Assembly (NCBI GenBank): GCA_963803435.1 | Contig: CAWDML010000003.1 | Coordinates: forward strand, 160,001-224,000 | DNA from: an uncultured delta proteobacterium | GTDB taxonomy: Bacteria; Myxococcota; Kuafuiibacteriia; Kuafuiibacteriales; Kuafuiibacteriaceae | DNA: 64,000 nucleotides | Direction of reading: 5' to 3' | Notes under the pieces: generated by a model | What the model was told of the DNA's origin: nothing | What the model saw: the letters and a program-made list of their open reading frames with translations, nothing else | Database searches by the model: none | Made by a program: the position numbers and the translations under genes | Shown here: positions 43,890 through 54,626 of the stretch, piece by piece | How the letters are laid out: each line of letters opens with the position of its first letter | How positions within the stretch are numbered: position 1 is the first letter of the stretch

Positions 43890-44936
43890 CTATTCTTGGT
43901 CGAGCGACTCGACCACCACGTCCTGCGACGTATGGGACGACGACGTGACCAGCCACAATCCGACGATCAGGGCGATCAGGATCGCGCCCGCGATGAACAG
44001 GGTTCTCGCGTCCAGCTTGGTGGCCGGAGGCGGCGCGATCAGCGGCGACGCGGACTGACCCGGGTTCCGGTTGAGGGTCGGCTTCTCGTCGTGGGGCGCA
44101 GCGATGTCGGGGACCGGCGTGGGGCCGAGCGCCTCCTCCGAGTCGACAGCGTCGACCGTGGCCCGCAGCACCACCTCGATCTTGGCGGCGCTCCGCTGCA
44201 TCGACGGCTTGATCGGGACGATGTCGGTGGTGACAGCCCTTCGTGCGGCGCGCGCCAGCTCCGCGACGGCCGCCGCCGAGTCGACGCCTTCTCCCTCGAG
44301 CAGACGCAGGACCAGGGTGCGCGCCTCTCGGGAGAGGTGCGGCTGCTTCTCCAGCACTGCGCCCGGCGGCAGCGTGCGATCGCTCTCGGCGCCGGCGAGG
44401 CACAGATACGCGAGCGACCCGAGCGCGCGCAGATCGGACTCCGGGGTCGGCTGCTCGTTGACGCCGGCCGCCAGCCCGGCGAGCCCATACCCGAGGATCT
44501 GCATCTCCTCCCGCGCGCCGCCGGCCGAGAAGTAGATGCTGTTCTCGCTGAGCCGCCCGTGGGCGATCCCGAGGCCGTGGGTCTCGGCCAGCGCCTCGGC
44601 GAGCTCGATCAGGAGGTCGAGCGTCTCGATCGCGCCCAGCCCGCCCCGGCGAATGCGGACGGCGAGCGTCTCCCCGGGTGGCCGGCGGATCGCGACGAAG
44701 GTGCGGCGGTCGGCCTCCCCGAACTCGAGCACCTCCGGCGCTTTGGCCTTCTTCAGCTTGGCGAGGACGGCGCGCTGATCCTTGAGGCGCTGGATGGCGG
44801 TGTCGGAGACCTCGGCGGAAAGGAGCTCAATCCACGCGCCGTGCTCGCCATTTTGGGCCGTATAGCGGGCGGCGGCATCGCAGGCGTCGATCTTCTCGAT
44901 CAGCCGGAAACGGCCGAGGACCATGCCCGAAGTCAT
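43890..44936 (-). CDS. Ser/Thr kinase-like pseudokinase with C-terminal TM
   Basis: Kinase-like layout (GRFRLIEKI, ALAETHGLGIAHGRLSENSI, ILGYGLA, SDLRALG) with degenerate catalytic motifs. Confidence 0.75.
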   Translation of the reverse strand: MTSGMVLGRFRLIEKIDACDAAARYTAQNGEHGAWIELLSAEVSDTAIQRLKDQRAVLAKLKKAKAPEVLEFGEADRRTFVAIRRPPGETLAVRIRRGGLGAIETLDLLIELAEALAETHGLGIAHGRLSENSIYFSAGGAREEMQILGYGLAGLAAGVNEQPTPESDLRALGSLAYLCLAGAESDRTLPPGAVLEKQPHLSREARTLVLRLLEGEGVDSAAAVAELARAARRAVTTDIVPIKPSMQRSAAKIEVVLRATVDAVDSEEALGPTPVPDIAAPHDEKPTLNRNPGQSASPLIAPPPATKLDARTLFIAGAILIALIVGLWLVTSSSHTSQDVVVESLDQE

Positions 44937-45076
44937 GGAGCGTTGCCGAGACCGTTCTACCTGCGATCGGAGGTCGTGGCCAGTGCAGGCGGCGTTGACA
45001 ATCCGCCGCGACCCGGCATCCTACACAGGCTATCTCGGACCACACCCCCAACGCGCGGCCGATCAGCGTCGCACCG

Positions 45077-46021
45077 ATGATGGACCGAACCGATCGGCAC
45101 TTCCGCGTCCTGATGCGTCAGATCACGCGCCGAACGCTCCTCTACACCGAGATGGTGACCACCGGCGCGATCCTGCACGGCCCGCGGGAGGCGCTGCTCG
45201 AGTTCTCGCACATCGAGCACCCCATCGCCGTCCAGCTCGGCGGGGACGACCCGCACGCCCTGGCCGAGTGTGCGCGGATCGCCGAGGGGCGAGGGTACGA
45301 CGAGGTGAACCTCAACGTGGGATGCCCCAGCGATCGGGTGCAGAGCGGTCGCTTCGGGGCCTGCCTGATGGCGGACCCCGAGCGCGTCGCCGCCTGCGTA
45401 GCCGCGATGAAGGCCGTGGTGCGGATCCCGGTGACCGTCAAGCACCGGATCGGGATCGACGATCGGGATCGGTACGAGGACATGCTGCGCTTCGTCGAGG
45501 TGGTCGCGCCGGCCGGCTGCGCGCGCTTCTCCATCCACGCCCGCAAGGCATGGTTGTCGGGATTGTCGCCCAAGGAGAACCGTACGGTCCCTCCGCTGCG
45601 CTATTCCGACGTGCATCGCCTCAAGCACGAACACCCAGAGCTCACGATCGAGATCAACGGCGGGATCGTGTCGCTCGAGCAGATGGCCGAGCAGCTCGAA
45701 CACGTGGATGGAGTGATGATCGGCCGGGCCGTGTACGACGACCCCTTTCTCTTCTCGGACGTGGATGGGCGGTTCTTCGGCGTACGACAGCGACCGCGGA
45801 CGCGGCGCGAGGTCGTCGAGGGGATGTGCGAGTATGCGGAGGCGGAGCTCGCCCGCGGCACCCGTTTGCACCACATCTCCCGTCATATGTTGGGACTGTT
45901 CGCGAATCAGCCGGGCGCGCGGGCGTGGCGGCGGTACTTGAGCGCCCACGCCGTGAAGCCCGCCGCAGGAACCGATGTGCTACGAGGCGGGCTCCCGGAT
46001 AGTCTGGCGATGGCAGGGTAG
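45077..46021 (+). CDS. dusA: tRNA-dihydrouridine synthase DusA
   Basis: MMDRTDRHFR, LYTEMV, NLNVGCPSDRVQSGRFGACLM and HARKAWLSGLSPKENR motifs. Confidence 0.96.
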   Translation: MMDRTDRHFRVLMRQITRRTLLYTEMVTTGAILHGPREALLEFSHIEHPIAVQLGGDDPHALAECARIAEGRGYDEVNLNVGCPSDRVQSGRFGACLMADPERVAACVAAMKAVVRIPVTVKHRIGIDDRDRYEDMLRFVEVVAPAGCARFSIHARKAWLSGLSPKENRTVPPLRYSDVHRLKHEHPELTIEINGGIVSLEQMAEQLEHVDGVMIGRAVYDDPFLFSDVDGRFFGVRQRPRTRREVVEGMCEYAEAELARGTRLHHISRHMLGLFANQPGARAWRRYLSAHAVKPAAGTDVLRGGLPDSLAMAG

Positions 46022-46024
46022 GGG

Positions 46025-46831
46025 ATGAGCAAGAACTGGTCGCACGCGGGCCGCAAGGTCGAGATGGAGCTTCGGAGCGCCGCCACCGCGGAGCAGGTCT
46101 GGTTGGCGTGGGCCGATCCCGCCCACGTGACGCAATGGTTCGCCGACGAGGCCGAGGGCCGCGCCGTGGCCGGCGAGACGCTTCGCTGGCGCTTCGCGGA
46201 CCACGATCTCGACCTTCGCTACGACGTCCTGGAGGCGATCCCGGATCGCCGCCTGGTGCTCTCGAGGCCGCAGAAGACCGGCCCGCTGCGCGTACTCGAG
46301 ATCGAGATCGATCAGGCCGATGGCAAGACGCGGATGCGGATGGTCGAGTCCGGCTTCGCCGAGGGTGAAGCGGCCGAGGACACCTACCAGGCGGCCCTCT
46401 CGGGCTGGCGCATCTCGCTGGCGATCCTGCGGCTGTATCTCGAGCGGTTCTTCGGCATGAAGAAGATGTCGAAGATGGTCATGAAGCCCACCAAGGCGGA
46501 GTACGCGAAGATCCTCGAGTACTTCACGAAGCCCGAGAAGCTCGCCACCTGGATCGGTGAGATGACCCAGATCGCGGAGGCACGTCCCTATCGCCTCCGG
46601 CTCGAGGCCGGCGGCGAGCTCACCGGTCGATTCCTCGCGCTGACCCACCGCGAGCTCCTTCTGGGCGCCGATCAGATCGACGGCACCGTGGGATTTCGCG
46701 CCTTCCCCAAGGGCGACGGCAGAGCCATCGGCGTCCGCTTCCTCAGCTGGCGCCTCACGCCCGAGCAGATGGCCGACCTCTCCGGCGTGATGCTGTCGGC
46801 GCTCAACCGCCTCGGCGAAGAGGTCGGCTGA
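46025..46831 (+). CDS. SRPBCC/AHA1-like domain protein
   Basis: ATAEQVWLAWADPAHVTQWF, MVESGF and GW..L..L..YLE motifs. Confidence 0.85.
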   Translation: MSKNWSHAGRKVEMELRSAATAEQVWLAWADPAHVTQWFADEAEGRAVAGETLRWRFADHDLDLRYDVLEAIPDRRLVLSRPQKTGPLRVLEIEIDQADGKTRMRMVESGFAEGEAAEDTYQAALSGWRISLAILRLYLERFFGMKKMSKMVMKPTKAEYAKILEYFTKPEKLATWIGEMTQIAEARPYRLRLEAGGELTGRFLALTHRELLLGADQIDGTVGFRAFPKGDGRAIGVRFLSWRLTPEQMADLSGVMLSALNRLGEEVG

Positions 46832-46860
46832 GCGGAACGCGCCTCGCCCGCCCAGACTGA

Positions 46861-46956
46861 GAACCGGTCCTAAAACCGTTTGTCCGCTCGACAACCCAGC
46901 GGCGTGGCTGACCGCGACGCATCCAGCCGGAGGCCGCTCGGGTTTCGGACCGGTTC
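46861..46956. mobile_element. 96-bp MITE-like element (copy D)
   Basis: TGA|GAACCGGTCCTAAAACC ... GGGTTTCGGACCGGTTC|TAA; same end family as 14837-15428. Confidence 0.75.
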
Positions 46957-47720
46957 TAAGCGACCAGGGGCGGCTCGATCGCGACGAACCCCGCTCCAAT
47001 GAGCGTGCTGAGACAGCGGCACGTCTCGAATCGATCGAGGGGCGCGCGATCGATGATCGTCTGCACGTCGATCCCCGGCAGGCAGAGCGCGTGGATGGCG
47101 CGCTCGTTGGGCCCGATGTCCTCGCTGAGCGCCGGTTTGGTCTCCAGGCCGAACAGATCGTCGCTCTCGTAGGCACGCTCGGCGGGCAGGCTGTGCCGCT
47201 CGTCGATCCGATAGGCGAAGTTTGGGATGCGCGCGCAGACCAGCGGCCACTCGTCGGCGATGCGGAAGCCGTGCATCAGGAGGTGCTCGATGCCGGCCGG
47301 CTCGAGGAGCGGGTGCGGCGGGTCGATCGCCCCCGGCGTGAACTCGTAGGTGCCCTTTTTCCAGGTGAACAGCTCGAGCAGCGTCTCGACCATCTGCATG
47401 TTGAGGTAGCGGCCGACGGTGTCGGAGTCGGCGTAGCCGAGGTTCATCAGGATCGTCGGCATGTCCTCGCCGGTCTCGGCGCGGCGCTTCAGGGCGTTGC
47501 CCATCTGGGAGTGCGTCATCAGACCCGCGCGAACGAGCCGCGAAGCGATTTGAGATCCGCTGGGCCGAAACGGGGTGTCTGCTGAAACGACCCACCCATT
47601 CTCGACCCCGATCTCCACCTCGTCCTCGCCGTTGTCGAGTCGCAGCGTTCCAGTCTTGCCGCTGCTGAGGATGAGCTGGAGAACATCCGCGAGACCGAAG
47701 TCCTGGATTCTCCCCTTCAT
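46956..47720 (-). CDS. DUF4388 domain protein
   Basis: MKGRIQDFGLADVLQLILSSGKTGTL and LFTWKKGTYEF motifs. Confidence 0.88.
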   Translation of the reverse strand: MKGRIQDFGLADVLQLILSSGKTGTLRLDNGEDEVEIGVENGWVVSADTPFRPSGSQIASRLVRAGLMTHSQMGNALKRRAETGEDMPTILMNLGYADSDTVGRYLNMQMVETLLELFTWKKGTYEFTPGAIDPPHPLLEPAGIEHLLMHGFRIADEWPLVCARIPNFAYRIDERHSLPAERAYESDDLFGLETKPALSEDIGPNERAIHALCLPGIDVQTIIDRAPLDRFETCRCLSTLIGAGFVAIEPPLVA

Positions 47721-47748
47721 GGTCGGGCCGGCTGTACTATATCTCCGG

Positions 47749-49053
47749 TTGGTCCGCCCGTCTTCGATCGTCTTCGTGGTCTGTGCCGGCGCGCTGGGAT
47801 GCGCAGGAAGAGACACGGATCTGTTCCTCGGCTTTCCCCGTCTTGAGGGAGCCGAGTCAGTCGTGCTGGCGGTTCCCAAGAATGGAGAGCTGGATCTCTA
47901 CAGCGCACCGCTCCAGGGCTCGCGCCTCCGCGTGCGGATCGACTACGACGGGCGCGATCCGATCGAGGCGCTGGTGTTCGATCGATCGCTCGAGCAGCTC
48001 CGACTGACCGAAGGCACGCTCGAGCGCCCGTCGGCCGGCGATGAGGCCGGCGAGCTCGACGCCCTGGAGCCGCTCCGCTCGTTCGTCGCCGAGATCGATC
48101 GAGACTCCGGCTCGGCCGAATGGGTCGAGGACTCGGCACAGGCGGCCCGTCAAGCCCGCTACAAGAAGGCGCGCTCCGTCTGCGCCACCTTCACGGCGCC
48201 GTTCCACGCGGGCATGCTGACCGGCGCGCTGACGTTCGCGCTCCGGCTCGACGACGAGCACGCGCTCCTGGGCAGCCGGGCCGGGGACCTGGTGATCGCG
48301 TCGGACGCCGGCCTGACGCCGATCTCCCCTCCGTTCGCCGGCGCTGTCGAGAGCGCGTTCACGGACGGCGCCCAGATCTACCTCTCCGAGCGGTACAGCC
48401 CACGGATCTACCGCGCCGATCCCTCGAGCGTGGAAGGCGCCGTCAACCTCGATCCCCTCCCCGACAGCCCGCTCGCGTTCGGAGCCTCCATCATGGCCGG
48501 CGGAGAGGGCCGCCTCATCGCGGCGGCCGACGATGGCACGGCCGCCTGGTTCGACGGCACCGCGTGGCGGTCGCTCCCGGCCGTCGAGCCGCGGGATCGC
48601 CTGCGTGTCGCCTGGACCGGCGACGAGGCCTTCTACTGGGTGCGTGCGAGCGGTGCGCTCAACCGCGTCGACGACGCGGGCAACGTCCGTGTCGAGACCG
48701 TGGACAGCGGAGGCGGCGTCTTCAGCATCGCGCACGTCGAGGGCATCGGTACTGTCCTCGGCACCGGTGACGGCACCTTCCTGAAGCGCGAGGGTACCTC
48801 GTGGCGGGGCCTCGGCGGCGACTACGGCTGGTGGGGCCTCGACCTGGAGGCCTACTCCGACGGCTTCTTCTTCCTGCTGGCGTCCGGGACGGTCGGACAG
48901 TATCGCATGGACCCCGATCAGCCGTTCTGCACCGACCAATCGCTCCTCAGCTACATCAACGACGGTCAGATCGTCCTGCTGGGCCGAAGCCTGGTCGCGG
49001 CCGGCTGGGACGCCAACCTTCCCACCGACGTGGTGATCGTCGGGTTCCAGTGA
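47749..49053 (+). CDS. Hypothetical lipoprotein, probable beta-propeller
   Basis: Lipobox ALGC; WFDGTAW and EGTSW type repeats; TTG start inferred. Confidence 0.6.
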   Translation: MVRPSSIVFVVCAGALGCAGRDTDLFLGFPRLEGAESVVLAVPKNGELDLYSAPLQGSRLRVRIDYDGRDPIEALVFDRSLEQLRLTEGTLERPSAGDEAGELDALEPLRSFVAEIDRDSGSAEWVEDSAQAARQARYKKARSVCATFTAPFHAGMLTGALTFALRLDDEHALLGSRAGDLVIASDAGLTPISPPFAGAVESAFTDGAQIYLSERYSPRIYRADPSSVEGAVNLDPLPDSPLAFGASIMAGGEGRLIAAADDGTAAWFDGTAWRSLPAVEPRDRLRVAWTGDEAFYWVRASGALNRVDDAGNVRVETVDSGGGVFSIAHVEGIGTVLGTGDGTFLKREGTSWRGLGGDYGWWGLDLEAYSDGFFFLLASGTVGQYRMDPDQPFCTDQSLLSYINDGQIVLLGRSLVAAGWDANLPTDVVIVGFQ

Positions 49054-49060
49054 GCCGGCG

Positions 49061-49504
49061 TCAGTCGCGGTCGTAGCTCTCGAGCTTTGCGCCGCCCTCG
49101 TCGCGAACCTCGACGTGGTGCTCGTCCGAACCCGAGATCCTCCCGCAATACACCGCCAGGTGGCGCCCGACCTCGCGCTTGCGCTCGGCGTCCAAGGCGG
49201 CCCACTTCTCGGCGGAGACGGTGGCGACCTGTGTGGACGGATCGATGTGGGTGACCAGCCGATCCGTCTTGATCTTCTCTACGTCGATCAAGGTCTGCTC
49301 CCACTCGTCGTCGGTGATCGCGTTCGACGGCTCGGGATCCTTCACCCCGAAGGAGGGCGCCGTGGTCCCGGTGCTGACGTGCAGCCTCGGGAGCTCCACC
49401 GGTTGCCGCGGGTTGGTCGCGACCGCCCAGACCACCGTAGCCAGACCGATCGCGATCATCGCCGCCGCGACGATCGGTCCGACCTCGACGTTACTCTCCG
49501 TCAT
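49061..49504 (-). CDS. Hypothetical single-TM protein
   Basis: N-terminal TM; ATGA overlap with the kinase gene. Confidence 0.65.
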   Translation of the reverse strand: MTESNVEVGPIVAAAMIAIGLATVVWAVATNPRQPVELPRLHVSTGTTAPSFGVKDPEPSNAITDDEWEQTLIDVEKIKTDRLVTHIDPSTQVATVSAEKWAALDAERKREVGRHLAVYCGRISGSDEHHVEVRDEGGAKLESYDRD

Positions 49505-51184
49505 CGGTTCGAGAGCCTAGTGTTCGCGTTGATGTCGCGCAACAGCTTCTGCGCCTCCCGGAGGCGGCGCTCGAGCTCGGCGCGCGGGAGCCCGGGCCGG
49601 ACCGCCGGCGCCAGCTGCAGGTAGCGGTCCTCGAGCTCGCGCAGCTCGGTCAGCGGCACCTTCGAGGAGGCCTCGGCCAGCCGCGCGCTGATGGCGTCGA
49701 GCTTCGTCTGCACGAACGCGTGATCGATCTCCGCCTTCTCGATCGCCGCGATCAGCGCAGCCTGCGCGCTCTCGTCCTGCCGCGCGTGCGTCCAGGCGCC
49801 GAAGGTGCGCTTGGTGTCTGGGTGGCGCGCGAGGTCCTCGAACGTGAGGCCCCGCCGCTCGGCGGCCCGCCGGATTCGAGCGATCGGAGTGGCGGGTCCG
49901 GTGGCGGGGCGGCGGCGGTTCGACCACCGGCTTGGGCTCGACCACCGGCGCGGGCGGCTCGACCGGCGGCGGCGGCGGCTCCACCCTCTGCGGCGGCTCG
50001 ATCGCCGCCGGAGGCGGCACCATCGCGAGCGGGGGGACCTGGACGCGACGCTCGACGATCGCGACGCCGGCGGCGGCCAGGACCACGACCGCAAGGATTG
50101 CGAGCAGCGCGCGGACGAGCGGGCGCGCCGGGAGCACCGACGACAGGTCGCCCTCCTCGACGGAGCCGATCGAGCTGGCCAGCCGCGCCTCCGCGTGCGT
50201 GTCGAGGAGCTCGGTGACCTGCCCGGTCTCTCCGGTCGGGATGTGGATCTGGGCGGCTCCCAGCCCGGTGAGATCGATCGCGTCGATCCGCGCGATCACC
50301 TCGAGCGTGCTCTCCGGCCGCTGCTCGGGCGTCTTGGCCAGGAGATCCATCACGAGGTGCTCCAGCCCGCGCGCCGCCCTCGGTCGCGGCGGCCGTGCCT
50401 CCAGGTGCTTCTTCCGGATCTCCGAGAGCTTCTTGGCGGTGAACGGCGGGCGTCCCTCCAGCATCTCGAAGAGCACCACGCCCAGCGCGTAGAGGTCGGC
50501 CTTCGGATCGACGTCGCCTCCGATGATCTGCTCCGGCGCCATGTAGATCGGCGTCCCCACGAACTGGCCCGTCTTGGTGAGGAAGCCGACGTCGCCGTCG
50601 ATCTCGGTGGCGCGCACCAGCCCGAAGTCGAGCAGCTTGACCTGGCTGCCCTCCGCGGTCCTCAACAGCATGACGTTGGAGGGCTTGAGGTCGCGGTGGA
50701 CGAATCCGAGCTCGTGCGCCGCACCCAGTCCCAGCGCGATCTGTCTTGCAATCTCGGCAGCCCGCTTGGGCTCCAGGCACCCGAGCCGCTTGATCAGGGT
50801 CCTCAGTGTCTCACCGTCGATGAGCTCCATCGAGAGGAACGTCAGGCCGCTTCGGGTCGTCCCATAGTCGGACACCGAGACGACGTTCTCGTGGGAGATC
50901 CGGCTCATGGTCCGGGCCTCGCGCCGGAACCGCTCCGCCAGCGTCTTGTTGGACGCCACCTCCCCGTAGAGGACCTTCACCGCATACTCGCGATCGAGGG
51001 TTTCGTGGCGGGCCCGATACACGCGGGCCATCCCGCCGTCGCCCACCACGTCGAGGATCCGGTAGCGATCGACGCTCTTGCCGAGCAGGAGATCCGTCTC
51101 ACCGAAGACCAGCTTGGTGCCGTCGAGCCCGCAGAACTCCACCTGCTCGGCGTACGGCACGAAACAGGTGGGGCAGCTCCGCAT
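49501..51184 (-). CDS. Ser/Thr protein kinase with N-terminal Zn ribbon and TM; frameshift ~49875
   Basis: CPTC..FCGLDG, GDGGMA, YAVK, HRDLKPSN, DFG and GTPIYMAPEQ motifs. Confidence 0.9.
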
Positions 51185-51251
51185 CCCCGGCCAGCGTACC
51201 CTCGAAAGCGAGAACGTGCATCCAGGCGGTGGTTTCCGGTAGTGTCCGCCC

Positions 51252-51947
<696 letters not shown>

Positions 51948-52006
51948 ACATCAAACGGCCCCCGTAGATGTGCTCGGCTCGATCACGAAGATTGCGGCCG
52001 CACTAA

Positions 52007-52112
52007 GAACCGATCCTAAAGCGTCCCGTTCGCATTCCGTGTTGCACTTGTTCTGGCATTCACTGTTCGGGTTCAGCTCATGAAGGGCGATGACATCGCG
52101 GATCGGTTGCTC
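52007..52112 (+). mobile_element. Inverted-repeat end (copy C) plus start of a four-helix-bundle gene
   Basis: TAA|GAACCGATCC, periodic leader, then ATG at 52080 encoding MKGDDIADRLL; homologous to 15428->15324. Confidence 0.75.
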
Positions 52113-52162
52113 AGCGCGGGGCCGAGAGGAGATGAAGCAACGCCAAGTGGTCCCGATGGCGA

Positions 52163-52277
52163 TCATGCAGCCCGGCGTGCGTTCATCGACTTGATGAGGC
52201 GCGTGAGCCTCTCGACAACGCGCTTGAGCTTGATTGAACTCTCCGGCGCCCTCGGCGGTGTTATTCACGATGGAATC
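52163..52277 (-). pseudogene. Second four-helix-bundle gene remnant, internally deleted
   Basis: Manual translation DSIVNNTAEGAGEF, then in another frame KLKRVVERLTRLIKSMNARRAA*. Confidence 0.6.
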
Positions 52278-53566
52278 GTTCTTGCTCCCGCCGTCCCCTC
52301 TCGAGTGGCTCCCAGAAAATCATCTCGCGTACTTCGTCTTGGACGTCGTCGATGAGGTAGAGCTGAGCGCGATCGAGATCTCGATCCAGTCCAGGGACCC
52401 GCGAGGCGAGCGACCGTACTCGCCTCGAATGATGATCGCGCTGCTTCTGTACGCCTACTGCACCGGCATCTATTCGTCGCGGAGGATCGCGCGGGCGACC
52501 TACGAAGACATTCCATTCCGGGTGCTGGCTGGAGAAAGTCATCCCCACTTCACGACGATCAACGAGTTTCGGCTCGTCCACCTGGAGGCGCTGAAAGCGC
52601 TCTTCCTCGAAGTCCTGAAGCTTTGCCAGAAAGCAGGTTTGGTGCGGCTCGGACACGTCGCACTCGATGGCTCGAAGGTGCAGGCGAACGCGAGCAAGCA
52701 CAAGGCGATGACCTACGAGCGGATGGCCGAGGAGGAGAACCGGCTGTCTCTCGAGATCGAAGAACTGCTGGAGCGAGCGCGCACGATCGACCAAGAGGAA
52801 GATGAGCAAAGCGGATGATGCTCTTGTGGATCGGGTGGAGCAGAAGCGAGCGAGAACTCGAGCCGAGAAGGCAAGAGCGCAGGCTGACCAGCTCGAACCA
52901 TCCCCAGACCCAACTGAACGAAATGAGGGATGGCCGCATCATCGCGTTCCTGCAAATGTGGACGGCACACCGAGGCCCCACGCTCAGAGGAACTTCACCG
53001 ACTCAGACAGCAGGATCATGTTGAAGGAGGGAGCGTACCTCCAGGCCTACAATGCCCAAGTTGTCGTAGATGAGCACGCTCAGGTGAGTGTCGCCGAAGG
53101 GGTCAGCAACCAGGCACCTGATCAGCAACACCTCGTCCCGATGCTCCGTGATGTGTTCGGCAACTGCGGCGATGCTCCGCGGAAGATGACGGCAGACAAC
53201 GGCTATCTGAGCGCGACCAACATCGAATTCTGCGACAACAATCAGATCGATGCCCACATCGCTGTTGGACGCGAACAGAACCAAGACGCGTCGACTCCGT
53301 CCTCATCAGCTTCGGAGCCCACACCTGCCTCGCTCGCTCGCAAGCGAATGCGAGACAAGTTGCAAACGCGCGACGGCAAGGCGGTCTACCCCCGCAGGAA
53401 GAGTATCGTCGAACCGGCGCTCGGACAGATCAAAGCGGCACGAGGATTCCGCCGGTTCTCGCTACGCTCCTTCTTCAAGGTACGAGCCGAGTGGACGCTC
53501 GTCTGCCTCACCCACAACCTGCTCAAGCTCTACCGATCGAAGCTCGCGACCGTCGCGAGCGTCTGA
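52270..53566 (+). pseudogene. IS1182-family transposase, 5'-truncated, with frameshift/internal deletion at ~52815
   Basis: LLPPSPLEWLPENHLA, YSSRRI, ALDGSKVQANASKH, NFTDSDSRIM, YNAQ, ADNGY, RKSIVEP and HNLLKL motifs. Confidence 0.92.
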
Positions 53567-53585
53567 CTCAAGGCAGCCATCTTCA

Positions 53586-53627
53586 GATCGGGACCCGGAC
53601 CGGGACCGGGACCCGGACCGGGGTCGC
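53586..53627. repeat. Hexamer tandem repeat (GACCSG)n
   Basis: gatcgg gacccg gaccgg gaccgg gacccg gaccgg ggtcgc. Confidence 0.8.
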
Positions 53628-53652
53628 GTGAGCGCTTACGCGCTACACGCTC

Positions 53653-54613
53653 CTAGCTCCCGAAGAACACGCGCATCGTGTCCTCGAGCGGTGGCTCCTC
53701 GATCCGGAGGTCCGCCACCGGAAGCGTGTCGAGCAGCCGTCGTACGGTCTCGGTCACCTCGGCCGGATTCACCTCGACGATCAGGAGCCCGTCCGTGTGC
53801 TCCTTGACGCGAAGGTCGCTGGCGACCGTGTCCACCGGGATCTGCAGGTGGACGCGGATCAACTTCGCCGGGTGCGTGCGTGCGATCAGCTCGGCGAGCG
53901 GGCCGTCGTGACGGATGGTGCCCTGGTCGATCACGATGACGCGGGGGCAGAGCTCGGCGACGTCGTCCATGTAGTGGCTGGTCAAGATGACCGTGGCGCC
54001 GGTCTGCTCGTTGTACGCCTTGATGAACGCCCGCACGGTCGCTTGCATGGTGACGTCGAGCCCGATGGTGGGCTCGTCCAGGAACAGGACCTTGGGACGG
54101 TGGATGAGCGCGCACGCGAGCTCGCACTTCATGCGCTCGCCGAGGGAGAGCTGGCGCGTGGGCTTGTCGAGGAGATCGCCCAGGCCGAGGAGCTCCGTGA
54201 GCTCGGCGATCGATGCAATCGAACGAGGATCGATCGATCTCATAGATCGCGCGATTGAGGTCGAGCGTATCGAGGGGCGGGAGATCCCAGATCAGCTGCT
54301 GCTTCTGGCCCATCACCAGGCTGATCTGTCGCAGGAGCTCCGGCGGGCGGCGCCTCGGGTCGAGGCCGAGGACCGACAGCTCGCCGCGGGTGGGGGTCAG
54401 CAGCCCCGCCAGCATCTTGAGCGTGGTCGTCTTGCCGGCGCCGTTCGGTCCGAGGAAGCCGACCCGCTCGCCGGCGGCGATCGAGAAGCTGATCGATCGC
54501 ACTGCCTCGACCTCCTCCCAGGTGCGGGAGAAGAGCGACTTCAACGACGCCGCCAGCCCCGCGCTCTTTCGCGCGATGCGGTACGTCTTCGTGAGGTCTC
54601 GAACCTGGATCAC
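53653..54613 (-). CDS. ABC transporter ATP-binding protein; frameshift ~54218
   Basis: GPNGAGKTT, LSLGERMK, LFLDEPTIGLD and LTSHYM motifs. Confidence 0.92.
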
Positions 54614-54626
54614 GCCGGCGGCCGCG

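Noticed and set aside
52802-52818. Programmed frameshift in the IS1182 transposase
   Set aside because: IS1182 transposases are normally single ORFs, and sequence appears to be missing at the junction, which fits a deletion.
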